DNA of 64,000 nucleotides from an uncultured Gammaproteobacteria bacterium (GCA_964522405.1 CAZFTR010000003.1:35711-99710), one strand, 5' to 3'; positions 1 through 10,671 are shown, counted from the first letter of the stretch. A program made the numbers and translations. Notes: a model not told the origin generated them from the sequence alone.

Positions 1-2
1 AA

Positions 3-1364
3 AATTCAGGTCTTGATTTTCCAAATAACCACAAGATAATCATAAATCTTGCTCCGGCAAATCTCAAAAAAGAAGGGACTCAATATGATCTAGGTATGGC
101 AGTTGCCTTATATGCTTCTTACAATCCAAACATTTATTTACATGTCGAGGATTCTCTATTTATTGGCGAACTTTCTCTAGATGGAAAGGTTAGGCCAGTA
201 AATGGAGTATTGGCTATGACTATCTACGCTACCCAAAAACAATACAAAAAAATCTTTGTTCCAGATCAGAACTCAGAAGAGGCTAGCCTGGTAGATGGTA
301 TTTCTATTTTTCCAGTAAAATCTCTTTTGCAACTAATAAACCACATTTCAGGTGCTAATAAAATTAAAAAAATAAGAGAGAAAGTAAATAAAACAATCAA
401 TACCAAAGCAAAACACAGCGTTGACATGAGTCATATAAGAGGTCAATCATTCGCCAAAAGAGCTCTAGAAATAGCAGCAAGTGGATCACACAATATTTTA
501 CTCAATGGACCTCCCGGTTCTGGTAAAACTCTACTAGCCAAAGCATTACCAAGTATTTTACCAAGCCTCACCAAGCAAGAAGCTATTGAAATAACCAAAA
601 TTTATTCAGTTCTAGGTCTTCTCAACAGAGATACACCTCTTGTGTCCGAGCGCCCCTTTCGCTCTCCTCACCATAGCGCCAGTGCAGCCTCACTGGTTGG
701 CGGAGGAAAAATACCCAAACCCGGTGAAATATCCCTGTCACATCTCGGGGTTTTATTTCTCGATGAACTTCCCGAATTCCCCAGGTCTGTTCTCGAGCAT
801 CTGCGCCAACCTCTTGAAGATGGCAAAATAAATATTTCCAGATCTGGAGGAAGCGCCTGCTTTCCAGCTTCTTTTATGATGATCGCAAGTCAAAATCCCT
901 GCCCCTGTGGATTTGCCACTGATCCTAGAAAAGATTGTGTTTGTAACCCTATACAAATAGCTTCTTACAAGAAAAAAATAAGTGGCCCACTTCTTGACCG
1001 TATTGATATGCATATCGAGGTTCCAAGAGTTGATTTTACAACCCTAACAAAAGATGAAAGCTCAGAAAATTCAATCCTAATTCGCAGAAGGGTTGATCAT
1101 GCTAGAAATATACAAAGATCCAGATTAAAAAACACATCTCTTGATTGCAATGCAAACTTAGACCAAAACTCTATAAAAAAATTCTGTAAGCTAAACAAAG
1201 ATTGCATGGATCTAATCGAGCAAGCAGTAGAGAAGATGGGTCTTTCAGCGAGGGGTTTTTATAAGACTATAAAAGTAAGTAGAACTATAGCTGATCTCGA
1301 CTTAAACAACTCTATTGAAACGAAACACGTTGCTGAAGCTCTACAATACCGACAACTTGCTTAA
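3..1364 (+). CDS. comM: YifB/ComM Mg-chelatase-like AAA+ ATPase (5' truncated)
   Basis: Frame open from the window start (INLAPANLKKEG); GPPGSGKT Walker A, RPFRSPHHSAS, LFLDELPEF, NPCPCG, SGPLLDRID. Confidence 0.95.
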   Translation, partial: NSGLDFPNNHKIIINLAPANLKKEGTQYDLGMAVALYASYNPNIYLHVEDSLFIGELSLDGKVRPVNGVLAMTIYATQKQYKKIFVPDQNSEEASLVDGISIFPVKSLLQLINHISGANKIKKIREKVNKTINTKAKHSVDMSHIRGQSFAKRALEIAASGSHNILLNGPPGSGKTLLAKALPSILPSLTKQEAIEITKIYSVLGLLNRDTPLVSERPFRSPHHSASAASLVGGGKIPKPGEISLSHLGVLFLDELPEFPRSVLEHLRQPLEDGKINISRSGGSACFPASFMMIASQNPCPCGFATDPRKDCVCNPIQIASYKKKISGPLLDRIDMHIEVPRVDFTTLTKDESSENSILIRRRVDHARNIQRSRLKNTSLDCNANLDQNSIKKFCKLNKDCMDLIEQAVEKMGLSARGFYKTIKVSRTIADLDLNNSIETKHVAEALQYRQLA

Positions 1365-1390
1365 AAAACACCCTTTCGAGGGGTGTTTTA
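1363..1390. terminator. Bidirectional intrinsic terminator
   Basis: AAAACACCC-TTTCGAG-GGGTGTTTT between convergent genes. Confidence 0.8.
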
Positions 1391-1405
1391 AAAACCTTTA
1401 TAATA

Positions 1406-2797
1406 TTATCGTCTTACATAACGAAGAGGGTTCTGTTTTCTACCATTTACCCTAACCTCAAAGTGAAGATGCGGACCTGTTGAGCGTCCAGTTGAACCCA
1501 TCAATGCTATAGTTTCTCCTTGACTAACCTGCTGACCAACTGAAACATACATTCCATCTGTTCTGTTATGAGCATATAAAGTATGAACCCCATTTCCATG
1601 ATCAATTATAATATAACAACCATAACCACCATTCCACCCACACTTTGATTTTATTATGCGACCGGATTTTGCTGCATATATTGCGCTTCCACTTTTTCCG
1701 GCAACATCAAGACCTGTATGTCTCCAACCATAATACTGAGTGATTATACGAGCTGCTGATGGCCAAATATAATTCTGCCCAGCAGGCGCGTTTACAGACG
1801 GTGGCGGTGCCACAACTCTACTAAATGTTTTGGAGGTTGTTCTGGTAGCAACATAACGAGCTTGCGGTTTTCTACCGTCAGGAACAACTAACTCTTCTCC
1901 AACTACAATATCTGAACCATCTGATTGCAATCTATTAAAGGCAATAACTTGATCTTGTTCAGCTTTGTATTTTTTGGATATTGCAGAAATTGTGTCTCCG
2001 CGTTTAACAGTATGGAGGACTCCATCTATTGGCAAAATCTTCAATGAGTCTCCAGGGCGAATATATGATCTAGCTGACAAACCATTTGCCCAGAGAATTG
2101 TCTCCACATCAATTCCATAACGCTTGGCAATATTACTAACAACATCACCCGGTTGAACTTCGTACTGCACAATTCTTGATCTCTTGACTTGTTCGCTTCC
2201 AGGCGCCACTGTTTCCAGGTCAGCCCCAGGTGCAATTATTGGCTTAGTAAGAGCATGTCCACCGGCACTTATTCCTGTTAGGTCCTGTGGTTCTGTCTCC
2301 ATCTCCACCCCAATTGATTCAGCAGGCTGATCCAAGACAATCGCACCCTCTTTCCAAGCTGACTGTATTGTTTCAAGCTCAGTATCAACTGTTTCACTAA
2401 TTATTTCCTCCAAATCAAAATCCTGCTCACCAGGACCCACCACTTTATAGAGTATGGTTTTATGCCCCGGAATACTATCATGCTCTTTTGAGTATAGCTT
2501 ACTCTGGGGAATCATTATTACCAACATTATTACCAACAAAAACACCTGAATTGAACCTCTCCTACCCAAGATCTCAAAAGTGCTATATTTATGAAGAAGA
2601 ATATGTTTTCTTATAAATTTACCTACATGAAAAGAAATTTTGTAAATGTAAAATCCCAGGGTTTTCTTGTAAAGATTATTTACCTTTATCAACCCTTTCC
2701 AAACCCGTGACAAAACAAAAAATAGGCCACGTTTAGCAAAAACTAGACCTCTTAGTAATGTCAGCATTACTTTGTAGAATAAATATCGTTTGTTCAT
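1406..2797 (-). CDS. LysM-domain M23 family murein endopeptidase
   Basis: Two LysM repeats (YEVQPGD, HTVKRGDT) plus HTGLD and HLHFEV motifs. Confidence 0.93.
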   Translation of the reverse strand: MNKRYLFYKVMLTLLRGLVFAKRGLFFVLSRVWKGLIKVNNLYKKTLGFYIYKISFHVGKFIRKHILLHKYSTFEILGRRGSIQVFLLVIMLVIMIPQSKLYSKEHDSIPGHKTILYKVVGPGEQDFDLEEIISETVDTELETIQSAWKEGAIVLDQPAESIGVEMETEPQDLTGISAGGHALTKPIIAPGADLETVAPGSEQVKRSRIVQYEVQPGDVVSNIAKRYGIDVETILWANGLSARSYIRPGDSLKILPIDGVLHTVKRGDTISAISKKYKAEQDQVIAFNRLQSDGSDIVVGEELVVPDGRKPQARYVATRTTSKTFSRVVAPPPSVNAPAGQNYIWPSAARIITQYYGWRHTGLDVAGKSGSAIYAAKSGRIIKSKCGWNGGYGCYIIIDHGNGVHTLYAHNRTDGMYVSVGQQVSQGETIALMGSTGRSTGPHLHFEVRVNGRKQNPLRYVRR

Positions 2798-2904
2798 GCT
2801 TTTTTACTATTCTATTTACTGTTTATAGAATTAATATTACCATAAATACCAGGGGATTGAAATTTTGTTTCAAATATGCTACACTGATGTAACTGAATAA
2901 CAAT

Positions 2905-2976
<72 letters not shown>

Positions 2977-3007
2977 CAAATCAATTAACAAGTAGTCCAG
3001 CAGAATA

Positions 3008-3036
3008 GCGGGATCCCTGCCAGAGGCGGGACAATT
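3008..3036. repeat. Short REP-like palindromic element
   Basis: GCGGGATCCCTGCCAGAGGCGGGACAATT, a GC-rich mini-hairpin in an AT-rich spacer. Confidence 0.45.
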
Positions 3037-3148
3037 AACAACTAATAAATAACAAGTGGTATATCCGGATTATCAGGAGTCATCCGTAAATCCGAATACC
3101 TAAGTCAGTACCATCAACACACCAACCATCCACACCTGTCTATAATTT

Positions 3149-3173
3149 AAAAACTCCCAAGCGGGAGTTTTTT
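3149..3173. terminator. Bidirectional intrinsic terminator
   Basis: AAAAACTCCC-AAGC-GGGAGTTTTT. Confidence 0.8.
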
Positions 3174-3177
3174 ATTT

Positions 3178-3735
3178 TTATCTATAGGGATAAACTTCCA
3201 TTTTCAACCACTTAACACCAAAGTTTTTGGCCTCTTCATAGGTTGGCATCCAGATATCAATCCTTCTACTTCCATTATATTTAGAATTCATTCTATCTCT
3301 TACAACAAAACCATAGTTTTCTAGCTCTGGAATTTCTGCGTCCACAAAACGAACCTGAGTACCAAGAGCCAAGAAATTGGCTGCTATTGAATCTGCCAGT
3401 CCATATTTTTCATAGTACTGACACAGATCAAAGTTTGACATGGCCGGAATACATGGAGTACTGTCTGTCTGCCAAACATCACTTGAATAAGCTGTTGCCA
3501 AAACCCAAACTTCATATTTTGGTTTTACATCTGCAATCTCTGGAAGCACCACATCAGATTTCTGAGTAAATATTTCTGTTTCAAAAATTTCAGAAACAGC
3601 CTTTACCACATCAAAACTTCCGGCTTTTACAGCCTGAGGAAAAGCACTGGTCAGAAAAATACTAAACAAAAGTACTGTAGTTATAAAACCAACAATCAGT
3701 TCTCTATAAGTCTTTTTTAATAGTTTTTTATTCAT
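3178..3735 (-). CDS. Exported 3D-domain-like protein
   Basis: N-terminal TM/signal; TAYSS..QTDSTPC, VVRDRM, RIDIWM motifs. Confidence 0.8.
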   Translation of the reverse strand: MNKKLLKKTYRELIVGFITTVLLFSIFLTSAFPQAVKAGSFDVVKAVSEIFETEIFTQKSDVVLPEIADVKPKYEVWVLATAYSSDVWQTDSTPCIPAMSNFDLCQYYEKYGLADSIAANFLALGTQVRFVDAEIPELENYGFVVRDRMNSKYNGSRRIDIWMPTYEEAKNFGVKWLKMEVYPYR

Positions 3736-3911
3736 AAATTTCTTAAATACAAAACCCTAGTATAAACTAGGGCAAGCCGTCTTTCATTGACGCCGAAGTA
3801 TACCATAGTGACTAGTGTTTGTCAATGTGATAAACTAGATACTGTAAGTTTTATTCTTGACTTTTATTGATTTCTTTGCTAGAATAAGCCAAAAAAACAT
3901 ATACACTTTTT

Positions 3912-6779
3912 ATGCACAAACCAAAATTAAACAAAAGATCTTACGGTTATATAAAAGGAAAAAAGAAAAAAGCCCTAAAAGTCTTGAAAAAGAAAAGGGC
4001 TAAACTTCAAGGCCGTTTTCCTAATTTGAAAAGAAAAATTTTTGTCTGGACTAGCATGCTCGCTGTCTTTGGTCTTCTTTTTTTGACCATTTTTGTTGCT
4101 TGGGTAAGCAAGGATCTACCTGATCCTGATAAACTAACAGACCGACAGGTTGCTGAAAGTACAAAAATTTATGACAAAACCGGAGAGCATCTTCTCTACG
4201 AAATTTACTCTGATGAAAAACGTACATTGGTAGACCTTGATGAAATTCCCCAATACCTAATTGATGGTGTTATAGCAACTGAAGATACTAAATTCTATGA
4301 ACACAAAGGAATTAGACCTCTGAGTATTTTGAGAGCTTTTGTTTATGGTGTCTTCACAACCAAACGAGTGGCTGGGACCTCAACCTTAACCCAACAACTG
4401 GTAAAAAATGCTATTCTTACCAACGAGAGAACTATAACCAGAAAGATAAAAGAGGCTGTACTCTCAGTTCGTCTTGAACAAAAATATACTAAGGATCAAA
4501 TACTTAAAATTTATTTTAATGAAATACCATACGGATCCACAAACTACGGAGTAGAAGCTGCATCTCAAAGCTATTTTGGAAAACATGTTTCAGACTTGAG
4601 TTTAGCAGAAGCTGCAACACTGGCAGGAATTCCCAAAGCTCCGACAACCTATCTAAATAACCCTGAGCGTCTTTTAGAAAGAAGAAATTTCGTACTAAGA
4701 AGAATGTCAGAAGAAGGTTATATTACAGAAGAGCAGGCAAAAGAGGCCAAAGAACAAGAACTTGAACTGCAACAAAAATTTTCAGACATAAAAGCTCCTC
4801 ATTTTGTACTATACGTGAGAAAACAACTAGTTGAAAAATATGGAGAAAACACAGTTGACACTGGAGGGTTAAAAGTTATAACCACCCTTGATTGGGGAAA
4901 ACAACAAATCGCTGAAAAAGTAATGGAAGAAAAAGGTACTGAAGTTCTTGAGAAAGGCGGTGCAAATAACGCAGCCCTGATTTCACTTGACCCAAAGACA
5001 AACCAAATCATCGCCATGCTAGGATCCAAGGATTTTTTTGATGATTCTATAAATGGACAGTTCAATGTTGCTACTCTTGGAAGAAGACAGCCCGGATCTT
5101 CTATAAAACCAATCATTTATACTGCCAGCTTTGAAAAAGGATACACACCTGAGACCATCCTATTTGATTCTGTTACCAATTTTGCAGTATCAGGAAAAAA
5201 ATACACACCTTTAAACTATGATTTTCAAGAGAGAGGTTCAGTTAGCATGAGACAAGCTCTTCAGGGATCTTTAAATATTCCAGCAGTAAAAACACTTTAC
5301 TTGGTAGGAATAAATCAAGCTATTGAGTTTGCCAACAAACTAGGATACACCACCTTTAACAAAGACACAGTGGGGTTATCACTGGTTCTTGGTGGTGGAG
5401 AAGTAAATATGCTGGAACATGCCGGGGCCTATGCTGTTTTTGCCAACAAAGGTGTTAAACACAAAGAAATGATTAGTATCTTAAGAGTTGAAGACAAGGA
5501 TGGACAAGTTCTTGAAGAGTGGAAGAAAAAAAGAGGTGAAAAAGTTATTGACAAAGATCTTGCTGCACTAATTTCAAACGTTTTAAGCGATGATGAAGCT
5601 AGAGGATACGCTTTTGGAACTGGCGGAGTTTTAACACTCCCAGGAAGACCTGTAGCAGCAAAAACAGGAACAACCAATGGCTATGTTGACGGTTGGACAA
5701 TTGGATATACACCAAGTATCGTAACTGCTGTCTGGGCAGGAAATACAAATAATACACCTATGAAATTAGGATTTGGAGGAAGTGGTGTTGCCGGACCTAT
5801 TTGGAAAGGGTTTATGAGTGAAGCATTAAAAGATACTCCGGTTGAAAGCTTTCCAGAACCACCAAAAAACAAATCCAAAAAAGCCATACTCAAAGGATCA
5901 CATGGTGGGGGGGTAACACTTCTAGTTGATAAAGTTACCAACAAGCTAGCAACCAGCTCAACACCAGAAGAATATATTGTTGAAAGAACTTACATCCTTC
6001 CACACAGTATATTACACTATGTAAACAAAGATGATCCTCAAGGAGACCTTCCTGAAAACCCAGCAGATGATCCTCAATACCAAATATGGGAAAATTCAAT
6101 TCAGGATTGGATTAAAAGAAAAAAAGAAGAAGACCCTGAATGGGAAATAAGTTTTGAAGAGCCCCCAACTGAATATGACAATCTTCATTCACTTGAGCTA
6201 ATTCCAAAACTTGAAATTGTCTATCCTGCACCAAGCTCTACAATTACCAGCAGACAAATAAATACAGATATTAGAGTAACAGCTCCTCGCGGAGTTACCA
6301 AGGTCACATTTAGAATTGATGGAAAATATGTAGCAGTTGTTCGTCAGCATCCTTTTAATTTGAACTACTTTGCAGGTGATATTGACCCAGGAAAACACAC
6401 GCTTACAATTATTGTAGAAGATGATGTTGGAAACAAACTAGAGAAAGAAACTATTTTTATACTTGAAGCCGGTGAAGCACAACCAAGTGCTCAATGGACA
6501 AACCTTGGCAGCGAAATAGAACAAAGCTCATTTCCAAAAACACTATCAATAATACCAAGTAGAATTGATAAGATAGAATCTTTGGAAATTATAGCCAAAA
6601 AAGAAGATCAACAAATCTCGATTAAATCCATAGATAGTTTTGATAATCTTTTTAACGATAGTATTATTTTTAAGTGGGAAAATGCTCCTGAAAAAGGAGA
6701 TTGGCAAGTGTCTGCAAAAATAAAACTCAACAATGGAGACGAGATAGAATCAGGAAAAAGAACAGTTACTATAAATTAA
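3912..6779 (+). CDS. Class A penicillin-binding protein (PBP1A family) with C-terminal Ig-like domains
   Basis: EDTKFYEHKG and STLTQQLVKN transglycosylase motifs; SSIK, SLN and KTGT transpeptidase motifs. Confidence 0.95.
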   Translation: MHKPKLNKRSYGYIKGKKKKALKVLKKKRAKLQGRFPNLKRKIFVWTSMLAVFGLLFLTIFVAWVSKDLPDPDKLTDRQVAESTKIYDKTGEHLLYEIYSDEKRTLVDLDEIPQYLIDGVIATEDTKFYEHKGIRPLSILRAFVYGVFTTKRVAGTSTLTQQLVKNAILTNERTITRKIKEAVLSVRLEQKYTKDQILKIYFNEIPYGSTNYGVEAASQSYFGKHVSDLSLAEAATLAGIPKAPTTYLNNPERLLERRNFVLRRMSEEGYITEEQAKEAKEQELELQQKFSDIKAPHFVLYVRKQLVEKYGENTVDTGGLKVITTLDWGKQQIAEKVMEEKGTEVLEKGGANNAALISLDPKTNQIIAMLGSKDFFDDSINGQFNVATLGRRQPGSSIKPIIYTASFEKGYTPETILFDSVTNFAVSGKKYTPLNYDFQERGSVSMRQALQGSLNIPAVKTLYLVGINQAIEFANKLGYTTFNKDTVGLSLVLGGGEVNMLEHAGAYAVFANKGVKHKEMISILRVEDKDGQVLEEWKKKRGEKVIDKDLAALISNVLSDDEARGYAFGTGGVLTLPGRPVAAKTGTTNGYVDGWTIGYTPSIVTAVWAGNTNNTPMKLGFGGSGVAGPIWKGFMSEALKDTPVESFPEPPKNKSKKAILKGSHGGGVTLLVDKVTNKLATSSTPEEYIVERTYILPHSILHYVNKDDPQGDLPENPADDPQYQIWENSIQDWIKRKKEEDPEWEISFEEPPTEYDNLHSLELIPKLEIVYPAPSSTITSRQINTDIRVTAPRGVTKVTFRIDGKYVAVVRQHPFNLNYFAGDIDPGKHTLTIIVEDDVGNKLEKETIFILEAGEAQPSAQWTNLGSEIEQSSFPKTLSIIPSRIDKIESLEIIAKKEDQQISIKSIDSFDNLFNDSIIFKWENAPEKGDWQVSAKIKLNNGDEIESGKRTVTIN

Positions 6780-6803
6780 ATATCAAAAAATCGATTAACA
6801 ATC

Positions 6804-6836
6804 ATAAATCCGCCTTTACGGGCGGATTTATTTTTT
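6804..6836. terminator. Bidirectional intrinsic terminator
   Basis: ATAAATCCGCC-TTTACG-GGCGGATTTAT followed by a T-tract. Confidence 0.85.
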
Positions 6837-6844
6837 ATAAAAAA

Positions 6845-7969
6845 TTACTGCCTAATAGGCATGACTATATAAAGATAATTATCTTTTTCTTTTGGTTTAA
6901 ACAAGCAAGGTGCATCACCACTATTCACGCAAAACTCAACACCGTCAGTTTGAAGATTCTGGAGACCGTCGAGGACATAGCGATGATTTAATAAAATTGA
7001 ATTTTCTTCACCACTTACCTCAGTATCAATAGCTGAACTATGTTCACCTGTTTGAGTACTTACAGAAGAAATACCTACTGAATTTTCTGAAGCATTTAAA
7101 TCAAAAGAAACTGCATTTACCCCAACAGTAGTAAACAAACTAGCTGCTTTTATTTTCTTAGTAACAATATCAAGCGGAAGAACTGTTGTCGTTTTAAAAT
7201 TTGTTGGAATTATCTGAGTGTAATCTGGATAACTACCATCAATAAGCCTAGCGGTTAACTCAAAACTATCATAGCGTAGCGCTATTTGATTTTCACTGAC
7301 CCAAAGTCTAGCTTGAGTTTCTGAATCAATATTCTTACCAACTCCAAGCAATCTAACCATCTCATTAACAACCCGACCAGGAACAATGCAATTAACAGAG
7401 TCAGAACCTTGTAAAACATCTATTTTAACCTCAGCAAGCCGATATGAATCTGTAGCCGCCAGTATTAAACCCCTAGCTCCGTCTTTGAAAAAAGAAAAGT
7501 AAACCCCTGACAGTTCTGGTCGTATTTCATTTTTGGCCACAGCTATCACAGCACGCGACAACGCTTCTTTTAGCGCAATAGCGTCCAGAGTAAAAGCATG
7601 ACTCTCCTCAACTTCAGGTATAACTGGATACTCATCAGAAGGTGATCCTTTTATTTTTGTACTTGAATTACCACATTTTACATTCAACTCATTGCCAACA
7701 AGAGAAATTTCTATCTGCTCATCACCTAGGAGACGAACATAATCTGAAATAGTTTTAGCTGGTACGCTAAACGAACCCTTTTCCTCTACGCGTGCCCGAA
7801 TAGTGGTTTTAACTGCTGATTCTAGGTTTGTAGAACTTAGTACAACACTGGAATCTGTAGCTTCTATGAGAATATTGGATAGTATAGGTAAACTGGTTTG
7901 TTTACCTGCAAGGGTGCTTGAGATATCCAGAGCATGTGTTAAATTTTCTCGAGTACATGTGAATTTCAT
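6845..7969 (-). CDS. dnaN: DNA polymerase III beta clamp
   Basis: LPILSNILI, ATDSYRLA, YPDY, YIVMPI; downstream of dnaA. Confidence 0.98.
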   Translation of the reverse strand: MKFTCTRENLTHALDISSTLAGKQTSLPILSNILIEATDSSVVLSSTNLESAVKTTIRARVEEKGSFSVPAKTISDYVRLLGDEQIEISLVGNELNVKCGNSSTKIKGSPSDEYPVIPEVEESHAFTLDAIALKEALSRAVIAVAKNEIRPELSGVYFSFFKDGARGLILAATDSYRLAEVKIDVLQGSDSVNCIVPGRVVNEMVRLLGVGKNIDSETQARLWVSENQIALRYDSFELTARLIDGSYPDYTQIIPTNFKTTTVLPLDIVTKKIKAASLFTTVGVNAVSFDLNASENSVGISSVSTQTGEHSSAIDTEVSGEENSILLNHRYVLDGLQNLQTDGVEFCVNSGDAPCLFKPKEKDNYLYIVMPIRQ

Positions 7970-7977
7970 GTCCTGTC

Positions 7978-8165
7978 CGTTTATATATATATAAATAACT
8001 AGTAATTGGTAATAGGGGCTGTGGATTATGTTGATAACTTTATTTTTTGTTTAGTTTTAGCTGAGTTTTTAGGTTTGTTGATGTTAGTAATTGGTGTAAG
8101 TTTTTTGAATAATCTGTTGATATTTTTTTGTGTAAATTTTTTCTTGTGGATATTATCTGGATATT
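7978..8165. other. oriC unwinding region
   Basis: AT run (7980-7997), trio-like TAGTAATTGGTAATAG, GGGC cluster, tandem DnaA boxes TGTGGATTA/TGTTGATAA (8020-8037) and further boxes; + strand changes from C-rich to G-rich around here. Confidence 0.85.
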
Positions 8166-8226
8166 TGTTTTTTTATTTACATTTTATTAATATGTTTTTG
8201 AATAGTTTATTGACAAGTTACTAACA

Positions 8227-9609
8227 TTATTTTGTTTGTGAATACAGTCTTTGTTTGATAAATTCAATATCTTGTTTTAGTTTTAAGTCATCTTCTATGT
8301 TTGAGGAGATCTTGGTGTGGGCATGCATCGCTGTTGTGTGATCTCTTCCGCCGAGTTCGTCACCAATTGCAGGGTATGAAAGTTTTAATTCCTCTCTTAG
8401 TAAAAACATGATAATTTGTCGTGGGAAAGCTAATCTTTTTTCTCTACTCTTTCCAAGAACATCTTCTATTTGAATGTCAAAGTATTCTGCAACTTCTGAA
8501 ATCATTTCTCTCGGAGTTGTTGATTTTTTCATGCTCTGTTCTTCAAAACTTGCAAGTGCGGATTTTACAGATTCCTTCGAAGGTTCTATGTTCTTGAGTT
8601 GATGTAAAGCTATTACTTTGTTTAGAGCGCCTTCGAGCTCTCGAATATTGTTGTGAATATTAATTGCGATTAAGTTTAGAAAATCTGGATCAATTTCAAA
8701 ATTTTTCTCTTGAGCCTTTGATTGTAGAATAGCTAGTCGAGTTTCAAGATCAGGATTTGAAATGTCAGCAATCATCCCCCATTCAAATCTGCTTCTTAAA
8801 CGATCTTCAAGGGCTGGAATTGCTTTTGGTGGTCTGTCACTGGTTAGTACAACCTGCTTTCCTTGTTGGTGAAGTTCATTGAAAGTATGAAAAAATTCTT
8901 CTTGGGTTTGTTCTTTTCCAGCGATAAATTGAATGTCATCAATAAGTAGAAGGTCAACTGTTCTGTATTTATCTTTGAATTCTTTTGCTCTTCCTTCTTT
9001 TACAGAACTTACAAATTCATTGGTGAATTTTTCTGAACTAACATAAAGAATTTTTGTTTGAGGGTTTGCTTCCAGCATGGCCTGTCCTATTGCTTGGATA
9101 AGATGAGTTTTACCAAGTCCTACACCACCATATATAAAGAGTGGGTTATAAGCCTCTCCCGGGCGGTCAGCAACAGCGTGTGCAGCTGCATTGGCAAGCT
9201 CATTTCCTTTTCCAACAATAAAATTATCAAATGTGTAATTTGGGTTAAGACCAAAACGTGAAGCGCGTTGATTTTTGGCAGCTGGTTTGTAAATAGGAGT
9301 GTTTTTTGTGGAAACACTTGGTTCTTCTGAAGAGGTGCATTCGTATTCATCAATATTTTTTATATTTTCAACAGCATACTCTACTCTTTTGATTGGTTTG
9401 CCGGTAATTCTCTCAAGAGATTTTACTAGAGTTGAATGATATTTTTTTTCTAACCAGCTTTTGGTAAAAGTATTTGGTACACAAATTACGATTTCTCCCT
9501 TTTCAAACTTAGCAATACCTGTGTTTCTAAACCAGGTAGTAAAATTTGCTTTTGATAGTTTGAGTTCAAAATCAGCAAGAATAGCTTGCCAGACTTCGTA
9601 ATTTGTCAT
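8227..9609 (-). CDS. dnaA: Chromosomal replication initiator DnaA
   Basis: YNPLFIYGGVGLGKTHL, LLIDDIQF, RLRSRF, GGRDHTT. Confidence 0.99.
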   Translation of the reverse strand: MTNYEVWQAILADFELKLSKANFTTWFRNTGIAKFEKGEIVICVPNTFTKSWLEKKYHSTLVKSLERITGKPIKRVEYAVENIKNIDEYECTSSEEPSVSTKNTPIYKPAAKNQRASRFGLNPNYTFDNFIVGKGNELANAAAHAVADRPGEAYNPLFIYGGVGLGKTHLIQAIGQAMLEANPQTKILYVSSEKFTNEFVSSVKEGRAKEFKDKYRTVDLLLIDDIQFIAGKEQTQEEFFHTFNELHQQGKQVVLTSDRPPKAIPALEDRLRSRFEWGMIADISNPDLETRLAILQSKAQEKNFEIDPDFLNLIAINIHNNIRELEGALNKVIALHQLKNIEPSKESVKSALASFEEQSMKKSTTPREMISEVAEYFDIQIEDVLGKSREKRLAFPRQIIMFLLREELKLSYPAIGDELGGRDHTTAMHAHTKISSNIEDDLKLKQDIEFIKQRLYSQTK

Positions 9610-9701
9610 AATAATTTTTTTGAAAAACTAAGACCGTTAATCCATTGTATCACAGAACTTGATAACCCAAAATGTTCTGAATAAATAAAAAGTGAGTAAG
9701 A

Positions 9702-9730
9702 TGTGGAAAGGCTGTGGATTGTGTGGATAA
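9702..9730. promoter_or_regulatory. DnaA boxes upstream of dnaA
   Basis: TGTGGAAA, TGTGGATT and a perfect TGTGGATAA (9722-9730). Confidence 0.8.
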
Positions 9731-9931
9731 TTATTTAATGAAAAGAGATTTTTTTATTTAAATTTAGTGCTATTTCGGAAATAAAAAAACCGCCAATCCT
9801 CCTGTTTAAATTATGGTTTTTCATAAGCTAAACAGGCGGGCGGTTCTTCATGAACTTTTCACCTTGGGGGGTGGCTGAATCAGCCGTAGGAAGGTGGGGT
9901 GTGTGGCGGGTGTGAGGGTTGAGGGTCAGCT

Positions 9932-10312
9932 CTAGTAGAGCAGTTCGGGCTCCGGGTAGAAGCCGTCCTCGCAGACCAGGGCGATCAGCGCCAGCTTGGT
10001 CGCGTCGTTGAACTCGCCATCGACCTGGACCTGCTCGCTCTCCTCGCTACCGTGGAGGATGAGGGCGGTCTGGAGCAGGCGCACGTCCCAGCCGGCGTCC
10101 TTCGGGTACATGACCTCGGCCCGGTACATCTGGTTGATGGTGGGCTCGTTGATCTCACCGGTGATCTCGAACTCGTCGTTGTCCTCCTGGTAGCTGCTCA
10201 GGGCCTGCCGAGTGCAGGGACCGAGCTCGCCATCGATCAGCAGCTCGCCGTCGGCGTCGTAGCCCTTGAGGGTCAGGAAGGCCTGGACCTGTCGGATCAG
10301 TTTGACATTCAT
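9932..10312 (-). CDS. Peptidoglycan-binding domain protein (GC-rich unit)
   Basis: Two PG_binding_1-like repeats (VQAFL..KGY...IDGELGPCTRQAL..YQ; LQTAL...VDGEF); SD GAGGAG; 41/60 GC at 10021-10080. Confidence 0.85.
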   Translation of the reverse strand: MNVKLIRQVQAFLTLKGYDADGELLIDGELGPCTRQALSSYQEDNDEFEITGEINEPTINQMYRAEVMYPKDAGWDVRLLQTALILHGSEESEQVQVDGEFNDATKLALIALVCEDGFYPEPELLY

Positions 10313-10372
10313 CTTGGGAACACTCCTCAGTGGTACCTGGCTATGGCCGGTACCTTCAAAAGTTCAAAATTA

Positions 10373-10423
10373 GTTATATCATTATTTTTTGGTCTTGACA
10401 AGTTTAAAGACTTTTAGTATAAT
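10373..10423. promoter_or_regulatory. Overlapping divergent sigma70 promoters
   Basis: + strand TTGACA(10395)-17-TATAAT for rpmH; - strand TTGTCA-17-TATAAC for the PG-binding gene, with overlapping -35 boxes. Confidence 0.75.
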
Positions 10424-10494
10424 TTTTGCACTATTCCTTTTAGTTTTGGTCTGGCTGGCCACAAGCTAGAAATTTCGAAAAAACTGATAAATAT

Positions 10495-10671
10495 ATGCCG
10501 AAAAGAACTTATCAACCAAAGAAGCGTAAAAGAGCTAAAACTCATGGTTTTTTTGCTAGAATGGCTACAAAGACTGGACGTAAGCTTCTTAAGAGAAGAA
10601 GAGCAAAGTCTAGAAAACAACTTACTGTAAGTGATGAAAAGAAAGGAAAACGCTTGAGAAAAACTAGATAA
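10495..10671 (+). CDS. rpmH: 50S ribosomal protein bL34 (58 aa, not in the ORF track)
   Basis: [46 protein letters not shown]... Confidence 0.97.
   Translation: MPKRTYQPKKRKRAKTHGFFARMATKTGRKLLKRRRAKSRKQLTVSDEKKGKRLRKTR

Noticed and set aside
8006-8224. 72-aa hydrophobic ORF between dnaA and dnaN
   Set aside because: T-rich oriC sequence made of DnaA boxes
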